64,000 nucleotides of DNA from the NCBI GenBank assembly GCA_024681215.1, contig JAILBG010000132.1, positions 856-64,855 on the forward strand. The letters are read 5' to 3'. The notes under the pieces are model-generated. The model was not told the DNA's origin. It did no database searches and saw only the letters and a program-made list of their open reading frames with translations. This DNA is from Clostridiales bacterium (GTDB taxonomy: Bacteria; Bacillota; Clostridia; Christensenellales; Aristaeellaceae). The translations under genes were made by a program, and so were the position numbers. Shown in pieces: positions 44,927 to 53,801 of this stretch (position 1 is the stretch's first letter; each line of letters starts with the position of its first letter).

Positions 44927-46929
44927 GCAGAAAAGAAGACACAGGAAAACAAATTATGGAAGAAAATCGCACGGAACGCAAGGAAGAAAGCCCGTCCCCC
45001 CTCCCCGCCGGCCGGAAAACCATCGCGGTCTTTATTTCCGCGCTCTATGAGGACATGGTGCGGCAGACCGTGAACGGCCTGCTGGAGGCCGCCCGGGGAG
45101 AGAACGTGAAGCTCGTCTTCTTCGCCAGCTTCGCCGACAACCACACCAGCAAGAACTACGATCTGTATCAGGATTACGACGTGGGCGACTTCGTGGTATA
45201 CCTGCTGCCGGATCTGAAAAAATACGACGCGCTGATCACCTTCGACACCTATATGACCGGCTCCTTCATCGAGCCCATCGACCGGCTGAAGAAAGCGGTG
45301 GCCTGCCCGGTATTCACCCTGGGCACGGTGAAGGAGGGCACCTACAGCATCGTCAACGATCAGGACCTGTCTTTTTCCGAGCTGATCGAGCATCTCATCG
45401 GCCATCACGGCTGCCGGGACCTCGTTCACGTAGCCGGGCCGGTGGAGCGGTCCTTCTGCCTGGAACGCATCCAGATTTTCCAAAGCACCCTGTCCGCTCA
45501 CGGCCTTCCCTGCGGGGACGACCGCATCTACTACGGCACCCTCCGCCCGGAATGCGGGCCGGAGATCGTGGAGAAGATCCTGGCCCACTATGCGCAGGAG
45601 GGCAAGCGCAGGCTGCCGGAGGCCATCGTCTGCGTCAACGACTATACCGCCATCGGCATCATCAGCGCCCTGGAGGACCGGGGCTTCCGGGTGCCCCAGG
45701 ACGTGATCGTCACCGGGTACGACGATATCCTGCGGGCGCAGTTCAACGAGCCGTCCATCACCACCTCCGCCCAGCCCTTCTTCCGCGTGGGCGAAACCGG
45801 CATGAAGCTGCTGCTCAGGCGCCTGCGGGGAGAACCGGTGGAAGAAAAAACCGCCGTTCCCGGCGTGCTGTGCCTGCGCCAGTCCTGCGGATGCGAGCCC
45901 GCTTCGGTGCGCAAAAAGGATACCATCCGGGAAAAATACATCCGCACGGTCACCAACCTGGAAAACCTGGCCCTGTCCAACACCAATCTGATCCTCGGCG
46001 GCGCCATCTGCGATACCGCGGAGGAGATCTACAGCGAAATCGAAAAGGGCTGCCTGCGGGAAACCGGCTTTCAGGACGCCGCGCTGTGCCTCATCGACGG
46101 CTGGGACCAGAAAAAGCTGATCCAGCACCGCTACACCCTGAAGGAAGAAACCTTCAACGTGGTCTGCGGCACCTGGCACGGCAAGCCCGTCAGGCGGCAG
46201 ACCCTGCCTAAGGGCAATCTGCTCCCGGATGAAATGATGCAGGACGATGCGCCGTACTACATTTTCCCCATCCATCACCTGCAGTATTTCCTGGGGTATT
46301 TCATCGTGAATCCGCATCTTAAGGAAATGGAGCAGCTCCACATCAAATCCTGGCTGGTCAGCGTCAGCACGGTGCTGATTAACTGGCTCTTCCGCAATCA
46401 GCTGAAAAATTCCGTGCGGGAGCTGGATTACCTGTACCAGACGGATATGCTCACCGGCCTGTACAACCGCTGGGGCTATTACCGGTTCTTCGAGAGCTAT
46501 TACGAGGAATGCCGCGCCGAGGGCGACGAATTGGCCGTATTCCTCATCGACATGAACAACATGAAAAAGATCAACGACGTCTACGGCCACGCCGAAGGAG
46601 ATTTCTGCCTGTGCGTCCTTGCGGAAGCGATGCGGAAAAGCGCCCTGAAGGACGAGATCTGCGTCCGCACCGGCGGGGACGAATTCGTGGTGCTGGCCAA
46701 GCACTACGATCAGGAGAAAGAGGAAAGATACAGGCGGCTGGTCCGGGAGCAGATCGACGAAAGGCTGGAAGCGGCCGGGAAGCAGTACCGGATGACCGTC
46801 AGCATCGGCTGCTGCCGCAGCGTTCCCGAGCCCTTCGACGACGGCGTTTCGCTTCAGTCCGTAGCGGAAACGTACCTCAAAAAAGCGGACAAAGCCATGT
46901 ACCGGGAAAAGAAGCACAAGCCGCAATAA
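44923..46929 (+). CDS. Diguanylate cyclase with an N-terminal LacI/RbsB-type sugar-binding (periplasmic-binding-protein fold) domain
   Basis: Peripla_BP-like region (..AIVCVNDYTAIGIISALEDRGFRVPQDVIVTGYDD..). C-terminal GGDEF domain (TGLYNRWGY.., RTGGDEFVVL). No HTH and no obvious TM. The ATG at 44923 overlaps the upstream stop (ATGA). An alternative ATG lies at 44956. Confidence 0.85.
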   Translation: MSRKEDTGKQIMEENRTERKEESPSPLPAGRKTIAVFISALYEDMVRQTVNGLLEAARGENVKLVFFASFADNHTSKNYDLYQDYDVGDFVVYLLPDLKKYDALITFDTYMTGSFIEPIDRLKKAVACPVFTLGTVKEGTYSIVNDQDLSFSELIEHLIGHHGCRDLVHVAGPVERSFCLERIQIFQSTLSAHGLPCGDDRIYYGTLRPECGPEIVEKILAHYAQEGKRRLPEAIVCVNDYTAIGIISALEDRGFRVPQDVIVTGYDDILRAQFNEPSITTSAQPFFRVGETGMKLLLRRLRGEPVEEKTAVPGVLCLRQSCGCEPASVRKKDTIREKYIRTVTNLENLALSNTNLILGGAICDTAEEIYSEIEKGCLRETGFQDAALCLIDGWDQKKLIQHRYTLKEETFNVVCGTWHGKPVRRQTLPKGNLLPDEMMQDDAPYYIFPIHHLQYFLGYFIVNPHLKEMEQLHIKSWLVSVSTVLINWLFRNQLKNSVRELDYLYQTDMLTGLYNRWGYYRFFESYYEECRAEGDELAVFLIDMNNMKKINDVYGHAEGDFCLCVLAEAMRKSALKDEICVRTGGDEFVVLAKHYDQEKEERYRRLVREQIDERLEAAGKQYRMTVSIGCCRSVPEPFDDGVSLQSVAETYLKKADKAMYREKKHKPQ

Positions 46930-47163
46930 ACCAAAAAACATGGGGATACTGCTTAAGCCAATCTGCAATATCCTCTTTGTTTACATGGGTATTGGTTTTC
47001 ATAAAAGAATGAGCAACAGTGAATACCGGGAAATCGAAACCCCCGGGGTGGTTTGGAGGGGCCGCAGCCCCTCCAAGTGGAATCCGCAGCAGCGACCTGT
47101 GCGCTGCGAGGAGCATTTTTGCGAAGCAGAGCATGCCCTGCGAGAGCAAAAATGCTTTGCTTG

Positions 47164-47214
47164 CGCCTTTTCCGCCCGAGAGTCCCGCAGGGACGAGAGG
47201 AAAAGGCGTTTTAT
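47164..47214 (+). terminator. Candidate terminator after the GGDEF gene
   Basis: 10-bp stem CGCCTTTTCC / GGAAAAGGCG enclosing an inner GTCCC-GCA-GGGAC hairpin, followed by TTTTAT. Confidence 0.5.
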
Positions 47215-47217
47215 GTC

Positions 47218-47242
47218 GATCAAATGGATCCTCCATTTGATC
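47218..47242. repeat. 25-nt perfect palindrome
   Basis: GATCAAATGGA-TCC-TCCATTTGATC. Confidence 0.85.
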
Positions 47243-47281
47243 GAAGGGACTGTGCAACAGCCCCTTTTTTCGTCTGCCGGA

Positions 47282-48208
47282 TCATCCGACAGCCGCCAGC
47301 GCCACGAACCCCAGCAGCGTCACCATCGTGGAAACCGACAGCGCGGAGGACAGGTATGCTCTCTGCTTATCGTCATTGGAAAAGACGGACAGCACATAGG
47401 GCGGCGGCAGCAGGAACATGAGCAGCATGGGCTTTTCCCACGCCGTCTGCGGCCACAGCGCCCGGAACAGAAGCAGCGCGGCGCCGCCCAGCGCCGCCAT
47501 GACGGCCAGCCGCAGGCCCACCGCCTGCAGCGCGGCGCGCCAGGGAATATCCCGCAGCGCCAGATCATACCCCACGCTGATCAGGATCAGCGCGCTCACC
47601 GGCGCCGCGGCGATCTGGGCGCAGGCGTCCAGGATCGCTTTCCCTTCGCCCATGGCCTGATACAGCCCCGTGACCCCCAGCAGCACCCCGGCGGCGATGG
47701 CCAGGATGATGGGCGACAGCGCCATTTCCCTGATGATCCCGGCAGGCGATTCCTTTTTCCCCTCCGCCTCACGGGCAAGCAGCGCCTTATAGAGCGTGAA
47801 CACGAACAGCACCTGCCCCAGATCGATCCGGGCGAAATCCGCCAGCTTTTCACGGCCGTAGAGCAGCTCAAACAGGGCGTAGCCCAGCATGCCCGCCTCA
47901 AAGCCCGTGGTCAGGAAGGGCAGGAACCGGCTTTGGATCCCCAACGCTTTCCCGCCTGCTTTCCCCAGATAAAAAGCGACGCAGCACAGCGCGAACATGA
48001 TCAGCGGCACCGCCAGCATGGCCGTGGAATATTCCGCCGACGCAAACGTGCGCAGCAGCACCGCCGGCAGCCCGATCTGCACCGCCACGGTCTTAAGCGC
48101 GTCCACGCCCTGCCGGGTCAGGATCTTTTTCGCCCGGCACAGCATGCCGAGCCCCAGCATCAGGATCACCGGCAGCACCGTGGAAAGCACCTGAACGCCC
48201 CTGTCCAT
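47282..48208 (-). CDS. AEC (auxin efflux carrier) family transporter
   Basis: 308-aa polytopic membrane protein. N-terminus ..VLSTVLPVILMLGLGMLCRAKKILT.. is typical of the AEC family. Confidence 0.8.
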   Translation of the reverse strand: MDRGVQVLSTVLPVILMLGLGMLCRAKKILTRQGVDALKTVAVQIGLPAVLLRTFASAEYSTAMLAVPLIMFALCCVAFYLGKAGGKALGIQSRFLPFLTTGFEAGMLGYALFELLYGREKLADFARIDLGQVLFVFTLYKALLAREAEGKKESPAGIIREMALSPIILAIAAGVLLGVTGLYQAMGEGKAILDACAQIAAAPVSALILISVGYDLALRDIPWRAALQAVGLRLAVMAALGGAALLLFRALWPQTAWEKPMLLMFLLPPPYVLSVFSNDDKQRAYLSSALSVSTMVTLLGFVALAAVG

Positions 48209-48211
48209 ACG

Positions 48212-48718
48212 TCACCTCTTTCGCCCCGCCCCGTCTTTTTCCAGGGCCAGCAGCCATTTTTTCCTCTCCAGGCCCCCGGCGTAGCCCGTCAGCGCTCCGT
48301 CCGCGCCGATCACCCGATGGCAGGGCACCATCAGGGAAATGGGGTTTCGCCCCACCGCGGCCCCCACCGCCCGGCAAGCGGCGTGCCCGGCGCCCAGCCG
48401 GGCGGCGATCTCCCCGTAGGTCGCCGTATGCCCGTACGGGATCAGAAGCAGTTCCGCCCAGACCGCCCGGGAAAACGCCGTGCCCGCCAGCAAAAGCGGT
48501 GGCGGCGCGCCCGGCTCCGTCCCGGTGAAATACCTCTCCAGCCAGCGATCCGCCGCGTCGAACGCCGGCAGGGGCCCTTCTTTTTCCGTTCCGTCCAGCC
48601 CCGCGCCGAAGCGCTTCTGCCCCTGGAACCACAGCCCGGCGACGGCCTCGCCCTCCCCGGCCACGAGGATCGGGCCCAGGGGCGAAAAATAGCGGTGGAT
48701 CCGGCGCGCGGCGCTCAC
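48212..48718 (-). CDS. ogt: Methylated-DNA--protein-cysteine methyltransferase
   Basis: Active site PCHRVIG. The N-terminal ..YFSPLGPILVAG.. block begins about 10 aa after a GTG at 48718, which overlaps the stop of the upstream small ORF (GTGA). The ORF-track start at 48847 would overlap that gene. Confidence 0.8.
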   Translation of the reverse strand: MSAARRIHRYFSPLGPILVAGEGEAVAGLWFQGQKRFGAGLDGTEKEGPLPAFDAADRWLERYFTGTEPGAPPPLLLAGTAFSRAVWAELLLIPYGHTATYGEIAARLGAGHAACRAVGAAVGRNPISLMVPCHRVIGADGALTGYAGGLERKKWLLALEKDGAGRKR

Positions 48719-48855
48719 AGCCCGCAGCCGCCCCGCCGGGAGCAGCCTTCGCAGCATCCGCCACAGCCGTTTTTCTTTCTTTTCCGCGCGCCCAGCATCC
48801 CCAGCGCCGCGATCAGGACGATTCCCAGCGGGATCAGGATATCCCACAGATTCAT
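48715..48855 (-). CDS. FeoB-associated Cys-rich small membrane protein (46 aa; below the ORF-track cutoff)
   Basis: My hand translation of the minus strand gives MNLWDILIPLGIVLIAALGMLGARKRKKNGCGGCCEGCSRRGGCGL*. That is one TM helix, a basic stretch, then a Cys/Gly-rich tail. RBS AAAGGA lies 7 nt upstream. The ORF starts 13 nt after the feoB stop. Confidence 0.7.
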   Translation of the reverse strand: MNLWDILIPLGIVLIAALGMLGARKRKKNGCGGCCEGCSRRGGCGL

Positions 48856-48868
48856 GGCCATTCCTTTC

Positions 48869-51205
48869 TCAGCCCAAAGCCATGCCGATCAAACGCACGA
48901 TCAGCGCCCCGAGCCACGCCAGCGTACACTGCCAGAACACCACGCCCAGGGCCCACCTGCGCCCCATTTCCCGCCGGATGGCGGCCACCGCCGCCACGCA
49001 GGGGGTATACAGCAGGCTGAACACCAGCATGCACGCCGCGCTCAGGCCGCCCAGGGCTTCCAGCCCGTCCCGGAACAGCATCTCCATCACGGAAACCACG
49101 CTTTCCTTGGCCATGAAGCCGCTGATCAGGGAGGTGACGATCCGCCAGTCCCCCAGGCCCACCGGCGCGAACAGCGGGGCGATCAGGCTGGCCGCCGCCG
49201 CCAGGATGCTGTCGTGGGGGTCCTCCACCAGATTGAAGCGGAAATCGAAGGTCTTGAGGAACCAGACCACGATGGTGGCGATGAGGATGACGGAAAAGGC
49301 GCGGTGCAGGAAATCCTTCGCCTTCTCCCACAGCAGCAGCATCACGTTCCGGGGGCTGGGAAAGCGGTAATTGGGCAATTCCATCACGAAGGGCACCGCC
49401 TCGCCCTTGAACAGGGTGTTCCGGAACACGTGCGCCGCCAGGATCCCCGCCAGGATGCCCAGCAGATACAGCCCCGTGATGATCAGCCAGCTCCGCCCCG
49501 GGAAAAACACGCTGACGAAGAAGCCGTAAATGGGCAGCTTGGCCGTGCAGCTCATAAAGGGCGTCAGCAGGATGGTCATCCTGCGGTCCCGGGCGCTGGG
49601 CAGCGTCCGGGTGGACATGACGGCGGGCACCGTGCACCCAAAGCCGATGAGCATGGGCACGATGCTGCGACCGGACAGGCCGATGCGGCGCAGCAGCTTA
49701 TCCATCACGAAGGCCACCCGGGCGATGTATCCGCTGTCCTCCAGCAAGGACAGGAAGAAAAACAGGATCACGATGATGGGCAGGAAGCTCACCACCGTGC
49801 CCACACCCTCGAAAACGCCGTCGATCACCAGGCTCTGCACCGTCTGGTTGACCCCGGCGGACCGCATGCCCGCATCCGCCAGATCCCGGAGGGCGCCGAT
49901 GCCGTCGGCCAGAAGATCCTGGAAAAAGGGGCCGATCAGGAAGAACGTGAGGAAGAATACCAGGGCCATGATGCCGACAAAGAAAGGAATGGCGGTGTAT
50001 TTCCCCGTCAGCACCCGGTCCAGGCGCTGGCTGCGGCGGTGCTCCTTGCTCTCGTGGGGCTTGATCACGCATTCGTCGCACACCCGGCGGATGAAATCGA
50101 ACCGCATATCCGCCATGGCGGCGCTGGGGTCCAGCCCCCGTTCGTTTTCCATCTGCAGGACGATATGCTGCAGCATCTCTTTTTCGTTCTGATCCAGCGC
50201 CAGCTTTTCTTCGATCAGCCGGTCGCCCTCGATGAGCTTCCCCGCGGCGAAGCGCAGCGGCAAGTCCGCCGCCCGGGCGTGGTCCTCGATCAGGTGGGCC
50301 ACGGCGTGCAGCGCCCGGTGCACCGCCCCGCCGTGATCCTCCGCGCCGCAGAAATCCTGCTCCACGGGGCGCTCCCGGTATTTGGCGATGTGCACCGCAT
50401 GGCGCACCAGCTCGTCCACGCCCTCGTTCTTCGCCGCGGAAATAGGCACCACCGGCACCCCCAGTATTCGCTCCATGGCGTTCACGTCCACGGTGCCGCC
50501 GTTGCCCCGCAATTCGTCCATCATGTTCAGCGCCACCACCATGGGCACGTTCATTTCCAACAGCTGCACCGTCAGGTACAGGTTCCTTTCGATGTTGGTG
50601 GCGTCCACGATATTGATGATGGCCCGGGGATGATCCTTCAGCACGAAATCCCGGGAAACCAGCTCCTCGCTGGAATAGGGGGACATCGAATAGATCCCCG
50701 GCAGGTCGGTGATCAGGGTATCGGCATGGCCGCGGATCACGCCGTCCTTGCGGTCCACCGTGACGCCGGGAAAATTGCCCACGTGCTGGTTGGAGCCGGT
50801 GAGCTGATTGAACAGGGTGGTTTTTCCGCTGTTCTGGTTGCCCACCAGGGCGAAGGTCAGCTTCGTGCCCTCCGGCAGCGGATCCCCCGTGCCCTTGGGA
50901 TGGAACTTGCCTTCCTCGCCCAATCCGGGGTGATCGCTGTACCGGCGGCGGTCCTGCTTTTCCCGGGGCGCCGCCGCCTGCTTAAGCGGCTCCACCTCGA
51001 TCTTTTCCGCGTCCGCCAGCCGCAGCGTCAGTTCGTACCCGTGGATCATCAGCTCCATCGGGTCGCCCATGGGGGCCAGCTTGATCGCCGTCACCTCCGC
51101 CCCGGGGATCACGCCCATATCCAGAAAATGCTGCCGCAGGGCGCCCTCGCCCCCCACCGTCCGCACCCGGGCGGTTTTTCCCGGCAGAAGTCCGCTCAGT
51201 TTCAT
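48869..51205 (-). CDS. feoB: Ferrous iron transporter, FeoA-FeoB fusion
   Basis: N-terminal FeoA/SH3-like domain (..ARVRTVGGEGALRQHFLDMGVIPGAEV..), then the G-domain VGNQNSGKTTLFNQLTG and a polytopic C-terminus. ATG at 51205 after AAGGAG. Confidence 0.92.
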   Translation of the reverse strand: MKLSGLLPGKTARVRTVGGEGALRQHFLDMGVIPGAEVTAIKLAPMGDPMELMIHGYELTLRLADAEKIEVEPLKQAAAPREKQDRRRYSDHPGLGEEGKFHPKGTGDPLPEGTKLTFALVGNQNSGKTTLFNQLTGSNQHVGNFPGVTVDRKDGVIRGHADTLITDLPGIYSMSPYSSEELVSRDFVLKDHPRAIINIVDATNIERNLYLTVQLLEMNVPMVVALNMMDELRGNGGTVDVNAMERILGVPVVPISAAKNEGVDELVRHAVHIAKYRERPVEQDFCGAEDHGGAVHRALHAVAHLIEDHARAADLPLRFAAGKLIEGDRLIEEKLALDQNEKEMLQHIVLQMENERGLDPSAAMADMRFDFIRRVCDECVIKPHESKEHRRSQRLDRVLTGKYTAIPFFVGIMALVFFLTFFLIGPFFQDLLADGIGALRDLADAGMRSAGVNQTVQSLVIDGVFEGVGTVVSFLPIIVILFFFLSLLEDSGYIARVAFVMDKLLRRIGLSGRSIVPMLIGFGCTVPAVMSTRTLPSARDRRMTILLTPFMSCTAKLPIYGFFVSVFFPGRSWLIITGLYLLGILAGILAAHVFRNTLFKGEAVPFVMELPNYRFPSPRNVMLLLWEKAKDFLHRAFSVILIATIVVWFLKTFDFRFNLVEDPHDSILAAAASLIAPLFAPVGLGDWRIVTSLISGFMAKESVVSVMEMLFRDGLEALGGLSAACMLVFSLLYTPCVAAVAAIRREMGRRWALGVVFWQCTLAWLGALIVRLIGMALG

Positions 51206-51298
51206 CGTCCGTCCGCTCCTTACCCGAACGGCGTCTTTTCGCCGTCCCAGGACAATATTAGACAAAACTTACGGATTTCCTTGTCTGTCCCGAAAATA

Positions 51299-51550
51299 TC
51301 ATCTGTCCGCGCCTGATTCGGAAGAAGCACCGCGTTCATCCGTCTGCCTGAACAGAACGCACCCCATCTCCCGGAATTCCCGGATCTTCCGGCGCAGGGC
51401 GTCCTCGTCCACGCAAAAGCGCGCCGCCAGGCAGGTCAGGCAGTAAAACGCCTCCGCCCCGCGGTTCACCATTTTTTTCGTCAGGGCGATTTCGTCCTCT
51501 TCCAATATCCGTCCGCAGGAAACGCAGCGCCCGTCCTCCCCCTTATCCAT
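51299..51550 (-). CDS. Small Cys-rich (CxxC..CxxC) protein, 83 aa, function unknown
   Basis: CVSCG...CLTCL pairs. The ATG overlaps the end of the alpha-galactosidase gene by 8 nt. No clear SD, so the start is uncertain. Confidence 0.45.
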   Translation of the reverse strand: MDKGEDGRCVSCGRILEEDEIALTKKMVNRGAEAFYCLTCLAARFCVDEDALRRKIREFREMGCVLFRQTDERGASSESGADR

Positions 51551-52733
51551 GGGCTTTGACCAGGCGGCACAGGTACATCCGCATATCGTGGCCGGGTACC
51601 GTGGGATTGAAATAATCGAATTTTGCGCCCAGGTTTTCCCCGGTGAACACGTCGCGCGCTTCCAGCGCCCAGCCGCCGGCCACCGGCAGCCCCAGATCCA
51701 CTAATTCGCAGTGGATGCAGCTTTCCGCTTCGGACATGTTCACGTACGCCAGGGCGAATTCGTTATCGGACAGATGGCGGAAGAAGGTGAAGGACGAATC
51801 CGGGATCATCCGCCAGGGCATCTCCCCTTCCTTCGCGTCGGGATTGCCGGTAAACACCGATCCCCGGCGGATCAGGTAAGGCGGGCGGCATTCCTCGTCC
51901 TGGTCGATGCGCAGAAGGTCCTTGTTCTGCATGAGGGCCTGATATTCCGGCGCCACGGCGCGCAGGTCCGCCCCCATCATCAGCGGCACGCCCGCCAGGC
52001 ACCACAGGGCAAACTGCATTCGGTATTCCTCATAGGTGCACGTTTTGCCCACGCCCACGTTGCCCTTGCCGCCCATGCCCACGGTGAGCATGTCCATGTC
52101 GTTGAAGCAGCCCGCGCCGCTCATGCACAGATTTTCGATCTGGGATTTGAAAATATCGGTGAAGGAAACGTAATTGTCCATGATATCGCCGGTGGAGCGG
52201 TACATCTGCGCGCCCACGGAGCGCATCCACTTCCAGGGCTCCTTCTGCCCCCAGTTGCACGCGGAAAACAGGATTTCCCGCCCCGTGGCCTTCAGCGCCA
52301 TGCTCATGGTCTGATACCGGGTGCGGCAGTCGCCGGTCTGGGGGAAATTGCAGAAATCGTATTTCAGGAAATCCACGCCCCAGGAGGCGAAGGTGGCGGC
52401 GTCCGTAAATTCATGGTCGTAGCTGGAGGGATAGCCCGCGCAGGTCATGACCCCGGCGCAGGAATACATGCCGAATTTGAGCCCCTTCCCGTGCACGTAA
52501 TCCGCCAGGGCCTTCATCCCGTGGGGAAATTTTTCCGGGTCCGGCACCAGCAGCCCGTTTTCGTCCCGGTCCCGGAGCGACCAGCAGTCGTCGATCACCA
52601 GGTATTCATATCCCGCATCCCGGTAGCCCTTGTCCACCATGTAATCCGCCATTTCCCGGATCAGAGCGTCGCTGATCTTATCGCCGAAGGTATTCCAGGA
52701 ATTCCATCCCAGGGGCGGCCGTTTTGCCAGCAT
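51543..52733 (-). CDS. Alpha-galactosidase, GH27 family (cytoplasmic)
   Basis: N-terminus MLAKRPPLGWNSWNTF..YEYLVIDDCW and ..FLKYDFC.. are hallmark GH27 motifs. ATG at 52733 after GGAAGGAG. Confidence 0.9.
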   Translation of the reverse strand: MLAKRPPLGWNSWNTFGDKISDALIREMADYMVDKGYRDAGYEYLVIDDCWSLRDRDENGLLVPDPEKFPHGMKALADYVHGKGLKFGMYSCAGVMTCAGYPSSYDHEFTDAATFASWGVDFLKYDFCNFPQTGDCRTRYQTMSMALKATGREILFSACNWGQKEPWKWMRSVGAQMYRSTGDIMDNYVSFTDIFKSQIENLCMSGAGCFNDMDMLTVGMGGKGNVGVGKTCTYEEYRMQFALWCLAGVPLMMGADLRAVAPEYQALMQNKDLLRIDQDEECRPPYLIRRGSVFTGNPDAKEGEMPWRMIPDSSFTFFRHLSDNEFALAYVNMSEAESCIHCELVDLGLPVAGGWALEARDVFTGENLGAKFDYFNPTVPGHDMRMYLCRLVKAHG

Positions 52734-52872
52734 GGGTGCATTTCTCCTTCCGCACCGCAAACGCGGCTTTTTTCTGAATGTCTGACTGCATTATATCAAA
52801 CGGGCCCGGTCCCCCGCAAGACTTTCCCGGCCGTTCAGGGGGGAAGGCGCAAGAAAAATTTTCCACGGCGGA

Positions 52873-52902
52873 TTGACTTTGTTCCCGCGCCGGGCTTATG
52901 AT
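52873..52902 (+). promoter_or_regulatory. Candidate promoter for the TIM-barrel/FMN/oxidoreductase unit
   Basis: TTGACT-18 nt-TATGAT. Confidence 0.45.
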
Positions 52903-52939
52903 GAAACCGGAGGGAACAAAAGAACAGGAGGCGGTTTTC

Positions 52940-53782
52940 ATGCTGCTTGGCGGAACCGTTGCGGGCTCCTTCGACGCCCCGGAAGCCTGGGAGCGGCTGC
53001 TGGCCGCGTCCCGGTTCAAGGCCGTCACGGCGCCTTTCGACTGCCGCACGCCCCAGGAGGAAGCCGCCCGTTACGTTTCCGCGGCAAAACGCCGGGGAGC
53101 GGCGATCGCCGAGGTGGGCGTATGGCGCAACTGCCTGGACCCGGATCCGGCAAAAGCCAAAGAAGCCCTGCGCTATGCCAAGGATCAGCTGGCCCTGGCG
53201 GAGGAATGGGGCGTGCCCTGCTGCGTCAATATCGCCGGCACCCCCGGGACCGCGGGCTGGGACGCCGCGGACAAAAGCAATTTCACCCCCGAAACCTACC
53301 GCCGCACCGTGGCCTCCATCCGGGAGATCATCGACGACGTGCGGCCGGCGCGCGCCTTTTACTGCATCGAGCCCATGCCCTGGATGGTGCCGGACAGCCC
53401 GAATACGTATCTGCGGCTCCTGGAGGATGTGGACAGGCCGCAGTTCGCCGCGCATATGGATTTCGTGAATATGATCAACTGCCCCCGCCGGGCCCTGGCC
53501 CCGGAGGATTTCGTGGAGGAGTGCTTTTCCCGCCTGGCCCCGTATATCAAAAGCACCCACATAAAGGACAGCCGGCTGCACCCCACCCGGCTGACCGCGG
53601 TGCTGGAGGAATGCAGCCCCGGTGAAGGGGATCTGGACTTTGAAAAGATCCTGAGGATCATGGACAGGTATCTGCCCCCCGACGCCCCGGTGCTGCTGGA
53701 GCATATGCGTTCCTTTGAGGAATATCAGGCCGCATACGCATATCTTGCCGGCGCCGCCGCCCGGGCGGGCGTCAGCATCTGA
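52940..53782 (+). CDS. Sugar phosphate isomerase/epimerase (xylose-isomerase-like TIM barrel) family protein
   Basis: AP_endonuc_2-like pattern (..AEVGVW.., ..FYCIEPMPW.., ..HMDFVNM.., ..THIKDS..LLEHM). ATG at 52940 after ACAGGAGG. Confidence 0.8.
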   Translation: MLLGGTVAGSFDAPEAWERLLAASRFKAVTAPFDCRTPQEEAARYVSAAKRRGAAIAEVGVWRNCLDPDPAKAKEALRYAKDQLALAEEWGVPCCVNIAGTPGTAGWDAADKSNFTPETYRRTVASIREIIDDVRPARAFYCIEPMPWMVPDSPNTYLRLLEDVDRPQFAAHMDFVNMINCPRRALAPEDFVEECFSRLAPYIKSTHIKDSRLHPTRLTAVLEECSPGEGDLDFEKILRIMDRYLPPDAPVLLEHMRSFEEYQAAYAYLAGAAARAGVSI

Positions 53783-53801
53783 AAAAGGAGGAAAGCGCTT
53801 T

